Shown here: in pieces, positions 46,095-50,578 of the stretch
Layout of the letters: each line of letters opens with the position of its first letter
How positions within the stretch are numbered: position 1 is the first letter of the stretch
DNA from: Actinomycetota bacterium
Lineage (GTDB): Bacteria > Actinomycetota > Acidimicrobiia > IMCC26256 > VFJJ01
Reading direction: 5' to 3'
Length of the DNA stretch: 50,578 nt
Assembly: GCA_009886115.1 (NCBI GenBank)
Contig: VFJJ01000081.1
Span: forward strand, 1 to 50,578
Made by a program: the position numbers and the translations under genes
Notes under the pieces: model-generated
The model's input: the letters and a program-made list of their open reading frames with translations, nothing else
Told to the model about the DNA's origin: nothing
Database searches by the model: none

Positions 46095-47177
46095 ATGCGC
46101 ATCGGATACTTGATCGACACGAACCATGGTTCGTACGACCAGCCCTTGCCCAGCAAGGAGAACGTGACCCGGGCCCTCGACGCGATGATCGAAGAGGGAA
46201 TCCTGGCCGAGCAGGCAGGCTTCCACTCGATCCAGGTGCCCGACCGCCACGGCCGCACCGAGTCGTACTTCGGCTCGCCCTTGAACCTGTTGACGATCCT
46301 GGCCCGCGAGACCGAGCGCATCGCGCTGGGCTCGTACTGTCTCGTGAACACCCTGTATCACCCGATGCACGTTGCCGAACAGTGCGCGCTGATCGACAAC
46401 ATCTCGCGAGGCCGGCTCTACATGACCTGGGGGCGAGGCTTTCACCCCGGGTACTGGAACCAGTTCGGCGTCGACACCGAGCGCATGCTCGGCCGATATC
46501 TCGAGAACGTACGCATCATCGAGCAGGCCTTGCTCACCAAGGGCGAACGCTTCAGCGTCGAGGGCGACTTCTACCAGGTTCGCGACGCGCTCCTGTCTCC
46601 GCAGTGCTATCAGGAGCCCCGGTTCCCGTTCTGGGGCGGCGGTCAACTCCCGGCAGCCATCGAGCGCTGCGCCACCTATGCCGAGTCGTGGACGTGCGAC
46701 GACTTCCCGATCCTCCCCGCCGTGTGGGAGCAACAGGCCGGTGCCTACCGGTCCCGAGCCGAGTCGCTGGGGAAGAAGCCGTTCGTGGTGCTGATGCGCA
46801 ACGGTTGGGTGGCCGACAGCTTCGAGCAGGCCGCCGCGGAGTTCGGCACGCACTATGTGTCGGAGATGCGCTTCTACTGCGAGCAGGGGATCCTCGCTCA
46901 CCACCCCGAGTTCGACTCGCCCGAGAAGATCACCGCCGACAGCGCTCGCGAGCACATCGTGATCGGGACGCCCGAGCAGTGCCGCGAGCGCCTCGAGCGT
47001 TATCACGAGGAGCTCGGCGTCGATTACTTCACCATCCGCTTCCGCATGGTCACCGGTCCCTCCTTCGAGGCCACCCGCGACCAGATCCTCCGGTTCGGCG
47101 AAGAGGTCGTGCAACCACTCCACAAGAAGTACCCGGCGCTCGACCATCCGGCGATCCCGCAAGCCTGTCGCTGGTAG
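46095..47177 (+). CDS. LLM class flavin-dependent oxidoreductase
   Basis: AEQAGFHSI, TERIALG, HPMHVAEQCALIDNISRGR, IGTPEQC. Confidence 0.9.
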   Translation: MRIGYLIDTNHGSYDQPLPSKENVTRALDAMIEEGILAEQAGFHSIQVPDRHGRTESYFGSPLNLLTILARETERIALGSYCLVNTLYHPMHVAEQCALIDNISRGRLYMTWGRGFHPGYWNQFGVDTERMLGRYLENVRIIEQALLTKGERFSVEGDFYQVRDALLSPQCYQEPRFPFWGGGQLPAAIERCATYAESWTCDDFPILPAVWEQQAGAYRSRAESLGKKPFVVLMRNGWVADSFEQAAAEFGTHYVSEMRFYCEQGILAHHPEFDSPEKITADSAREHIVIGTPEQCRERLERYHEELGVDYFTIRFRMVTGPSFEATRDQILRFGEEVVQPLHKKYPALDHPAIPQACRW

Positions 47178-47193
47178 CTGGCTGACCAGGCAG

Positions 47194-47640
47194 ATGGCCA
47201 TCGTCGCGCTCGAAGCGCTCGAAGCTCTCGTGGGGAGGCCGTTCCCCGGTGGCACGTACACCGTCGAGCCCTACCAGAACTGGCTCACCAACGATGTGGT
47301 GCTGGCCCCTCAGCGCGATGACGACCTGGCTCATCCTATGTACTGCTATTACGCCGCGCTGGCCGGGATGGGCATCTCGCTCGACGAGCTCTTCGCGCTC
47401 GCACACGCATCCGCTGACGACGGCGTGATGTTCGGCGAAGCCGAGATCGAGCTCGTTGGCCCGATGCGCGTCGGTGTCACGTATTCCGTGAGGGGATCGT
47501 TCACCTCGGTGGTCAGAAAAGAGGGCAAGAAAGCCGGCGTGTTCGACATCCTGGCGTTCGCCCTGGAGCTGGTCGACCCTGCGGGCGACGTGGTGGGTGT
47601 CTCGACGAACTCCTTCGTGTTCCCTCGGAGGGACGGGTGA
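47194..47640 (+). CDS. Hot-dog fold (MaoC-like) dehydratase subunit
   Basis: AHP, VMFGEAEIELVGPMRVG, VVRKEGKKAGVFD; coupled to the next gene. Confidence 0.75.
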   Translation: MAIVALEALEALVGRPFPGGTYTVEPYQNWLTNDVVLAPQRDDDLAHPMYCYYAALAGMGISLDELFALAHASADDGVMFGEAEIELVGPMRVGVTYSVRGSFTSVVRKEGKKAGVFDILAFALELVDPAGDVVGVSTNSFVFPRRDG

Positions 47641-48098
47641 CGCCCGCGCGTGGAGTGGCGATCGGCGACGAGCTACCGCAGCTGGTGATCGAGCGTGTCG
47701 ACGCCGAGAAGATGAAGACCATGGCGGCGCTGTTGCGTGATCCGAATCCCATCCACCTCGACCCGACCGTCGTCGTAGCCCTGGGGATGGGCACGGCGGT
47801 GGTGAACCAGGGCCCCAACAACATGGCCTACGTCGTCAACATGCTGGCGGCCTGGGCTGGTGGACCCGACCGGATCGCGAAGCTCAGGGTCCGTTTCCTC
47901 GCCAACGTGTTCTCCGGTGACCGATTGGTGGCCGGCGGCACCGTCACCGGTATCGACGGAGAACGGGTCATGTGCGACGTGTGGCTGGCCCGGGACGGCA
48001 CCGAGCCCGTCCTCGCCGGTACCGCCGTGACCCGCCCGTTCTTTGTGTCCACCGCCGCGCCCGGCGCGGGCCTGGACACAAAGAACGAAACTACGTGA
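47637..48098 (+). CDS. MaoC family dehydratase
   Basis: DPNPIHLD hydratase-2 motif, VRFLANVFSGD. Confidence 0.88.
   Translation: MTPARGVAIGDELPQLVIERVDAEKMKTMAALLRDPNPIHLDPTVVVALGMGTAVVNQGPNNMAYVVNMLAAWAGGPDRIAKLRVRFLANVFSGDRLVAGGTVTGIDGERVMCDVWLARDGTEPVLAGTAVTRPFFVSTAAPGAGLDTKNETT
48037..48087. terminator. Perfect 15-bp inverted repeat at a convergent junction (terminator or REP-like)
   Basis: CGTTCTTTGTGTCCA ... TGGACACAAAGAACG. Confidence 0.6.
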
Positions 48099-49629
48099 TC
48101 GCTGGGGTCCCGTAGCAGAGCTCGACGATGGCTTGCTCGGTGACATCGTCGCCAGAGACCTCACCCACGATGCGGCCCTCGCGCATCACCAGCACGCGGT
48201 GACAGGCCCCGACGAGCTCGGAGAACTCCGACGAGATGAAGACGACGCCTTTGCCTTGGCCGGCGAGCTCGCCCATCACGTTGTAGATCTCCTCCTTGCC
48301 GTCGACGTCGACACCATGGGTGGGTTCGTCGAAGATCAGCACGTCGGCCCCTTGCGAGACCCACTTCCCGATCACGACCTTCTGCTGGTTTCCGCCTGAG
48401 AGCAGCTTGACCGTCTGTCGGTCGTGTGGGGTCTTGATGGCCAGACGTTCGATGAGACGCGCGGCCTCGACCCGCTCGCGCGAAGACGACGGCGCAGCGA
48501 CCTTGGGGGCGATGCGGTGCTTGTGGAGTGACGCCAAGGTGAGGTTCTGGCGGACCGTGAACTCCATCACGTTGCCCTGGGTCTTGCGATCCTCGGGGAG
48601 GAGCGCCAATCCCGCCCTCATGGCCGACTCGGGGGACTTGACGTTGATCTGCTTGCCCCGCATGGCGATCGTGCCCGCGCTCCGGCGATCGGCACCGAAG
48701 ATGGCCCGGACCAGCTCGGTCCGCCCGGCTCCCACGAGGCCGGCGAGCCCCAGGACCTCGCCGGCTCTGACCTCGAAGCTGCAGTCGGTCACCCCGGTTG
48801 CGGCAGTGATGCCCTGAGCGCGAAGCAGTACCTCGGTTTCGGGTGGACCGCCGATGCCCTGACTACGTCGACGTTCAGCCGCGGTCTCGGCATGCTCATG
48901 GCCGGTGATGTGGCCGATGAGAGCACGGCGGTCGAGCGCAGCGGTGGGCTCGTCGGCGACGACCCGCCCATCGCGCATCACGACGACCCGATTGGTGAGC
49001 TCGAAGATCTCCTCGAGACGGTGCGAGACGTACAGGACCGTGATTCCCTCGCTGCGGAGCCGACCCACCACGCCGAACAGATGCTTGATCTCCTCGTCGG
49101 TGAGGCTGGCTGTCGGCTCGTCGAGCACGAGCATGGTCGCATTCTGCGCCAGGCCCCGGGCGATGGTGACCAAGCGCTGGTCGGCCACGCTCAGATCGCC
49201 GACCGCGGCCTTGGGGTCGATGTCGACCTCGAGCCGGGCGATCACCTCGGCGGCGCGACGGCGCAGCGTCCGCCAATCGACGAACAGACCGGCCCGCTTG
49301 GGAAAACCCAAGCCCAGCATGACGTTCTCGGCCACCGAGAGGTCGGCGACGTCTTGCAGCTCCTGGTGCACGAAGGCCATGCCGGCATGGTTCGCCTGCA
49401 ACGGCGTGGCGAGCTCGAGCCGGGCACCGTTCAGGAACAGTTCGCCCGAGTCGGGCCGCACCGCGCCGGCCATGATCTTGATGAGCGTCGACTTCCCGGC
49501 ACCGTTCTTGCCGACGAGGCCCACGATCTCGCCCGCGGAGAGCGCGATCTGCACGTCGTCGACGGCCAGGACGCCCGGGTATCGCTTGGTGATCCCGCGG
49601 AGCTCGAAGAACGACGAGTCCACGTTCAT
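48091..49629 (-). CDS. Sugar ABC transporter ATP-binding protein (RbsA-like)
   Basis: GKNGAGKST, LDEPTASL, LSGGNQQK, DEPTHGVD; two ATPase domains. Confidence 0.95.
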   Translation of the reverse strand: MNVDSSFFELRGITKRYPGVLAVDDVQIALSAGEIVGLVGKNGAGKSTLIKIMAGAVRPDSGELFLNGARLELATPLQANHAGMAFVHQELQDVADLSVAENVMLGLGFPKRAGLFVDWRTLRRRAAEVIARLEVDIDPKAAVGDLSVADQRLVTIARGLAQNATMLVLDEPTASLTDEEIKHLFGVVGRLRSEGITVLYVSHRLEEIFELTNRVVVMRDGRVVADEPTAALDRRALIGHITGHEHAETAAERRRSQGIGGPPETEVLLRAQGITAATGVTDCSFEVRAGEVLGLAGLVGAGRTELVRAIFGADRRSAGTIAMRGKQINVKSPESAMRAGLALLPEDRKTQGNVMEFTVRQNLTLASLHKHRIAPKVAAPSSSRERVEAARLIERLAIKTPHDRQTVKLLSGGNQQKVVIGKWVSQGADVLIFDEPTHGVDVDGKEEIYNVMGELAGQGKGVVFISSEFSELVGACHRVLVMREGRIVGEVSGDDVTEQAIVELCYGTPAIT

Positions 49630-50578
49630 CGCTGCTTGGTCCCCAGACGGTTCAAGAGCATTGCCGCAATGAGGATCGTGCCCTTCACGATGTTCTTCAC
49701 GTCCTGCTCGTAGCCCATGAAGGTGAGGCCCGACTCGACGACCTGGAGGAAGATCGCGCCGAACACGGTGCCCAGGATGTTGAACTGGCCCCGTTTCGAG
49801 AGGGTGGCGCCGAGGAACGCGGCAGCGAAGGCGGGCAAGAGCAACGATGCGCCGTTCCCACGGACGTGCGATGCGGTGCGGGCCGATTCGGTGACGGCCG
49901 CGGTGAGGGCGCACAGGGCCACGACCACGAACCCCGAGGCCCGCAGCAACCGGGTACGGATGCCCGACAGGCGGGCGGCCTCGGGGTTGCCACCGATGGC
50001 GTACATGAAGCGACCGACCTCGGTCTTGGCCAACAACGCCCACAGGACGATGGTGAGCCCGAGAGCGATCCACACCGGCGAGCGCAGCGACAAGAGCGGC
50101 TCGCCAACCCCGAGGTTGCGGTAGGCCTTGGGGGTCTTCTCTGCCCCAGAGATGAACTGCGTGCTGGCGCCGCTGATCGCGACCTCGACTCCCGTGAGGA
50201 CCACGCCCATGGCCAAGGTCGTGATGAACGACGGCGTACCCACGTAGGCGATGAGGAACCCGTTGAGCATGCCGACCGCGATGGCCACGAGAGCGCCGAT
50301 GGCGATGGCCAGCCCCCAGCTCACGTCGTGGCGCACGATCAACGACACGATGGTGGCGCTTCCCACGGCGAGCATGCTGGCGACCGAGAGATCGAAGTCG
50401 CCCATCACCAGCACGACCGTCAGCCCCAACGCCATGATCAACAGGGGCGCCGCGCCCTCGAGCGTGGTCTGCATGTTCTTCGTCGTGTGGAACTGGGCCT
50501 TCTGCAACGAGAAGAAGATCACGCACCCGATCAGCGCGAAGACCACGCCCAGCCGGGCGATCCACGCCACCCAGTCGA
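49626..50578 (-). CDS. Sugar ABC transporter permease (RbsC-like), 5' end probably outside the window
   Basis: GDFDLSV, PSFITTLA, GRFMYAIGGNPEAARLSGI; frame stays open to the window edge. Confidence 0.93.
   Translation of the reverse strand, partial: DWVAWIARLGVVFALIGCVIFFSLQKAQFHTTKNMQTTLEGAAPLLIMALGLTVVLVMGDFDLSVASMLAVGSATIVSLIVRHDVSWGLAIAIGALVAIAVGMLNGFLIAYVGTPSFITTLAMGVVLTGVEVAISGASTQFISGAEKTPKAYRNLGVGEPLLSLRSPVWIALGLTIVLWALLAKTEVGRFMYAIGGNPEAARLSGIRTRLLRASGFVVVALCALTAAVTESARTASHVRGNGASLLLPAFAAAFLGATLSKRGQFNILGTVFGAIFLQVVESGLTFMGYEQDVKNIVKGTILIAAMLLNRLGTKQR

Noticed and set aside
44451..47261. Very long antisense ORFs (e.g. 936 aa here, 653 aa at 23422-25383, 588 aa at 33300-35066)
   Set aside because: Shadow frames of real genes, expected in high-GC DNA; no recognisable motifs.

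Overview
High-GC, actinobacterial-looking DNA (taxon inferred from gene content and codon style). The first ~3.5 kb is a patchwork of small genes and apparent gene fragments. The rest is a dense catabolic island: 7 SDRs, 3 cytochromes P450, 3 acyl-CoA ligases, 2 CoA-transferase-like A/B pairs, 3 LLM (probably F420) oxidoreductases, 3 NTF2/SnoaL proteins, 2 thiolases, a DUF35 partner, an acyl-CoA dehydrogenase, an enoyl-CoA hydratase, a MaoC pair, a tandem amidohydrolase pair, a KstR2-like TetR regulator and the end of a sugar-type ABC transporter. Highlights: (1) a hidden selenoprotein split by an in-frame TGA (D-U-G-A-C-T-A-C, 17596-18183) with a SECIS-like hairpin, inside a catabolic operon; (2) eight copies of a palindromic motif CAAACGnnCGKTnG, all upstream of transcription units, outlining a probable TetR regulon; (3) both CoA-transferase-like pairs appear to lack the canonical catalytic Glu and look IpdAB-like; (4) a 4 x 23-bp periodic repeat array, a two-copy REP-like hairpin element, an 8-bp tandem repeat, and remnants of a retron-type RT and an ABC transporter. 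All family assignments come from motif recognition by eye, not database searches. No rRNA, tRNA, CRISPR array or intact mobile element was seen.
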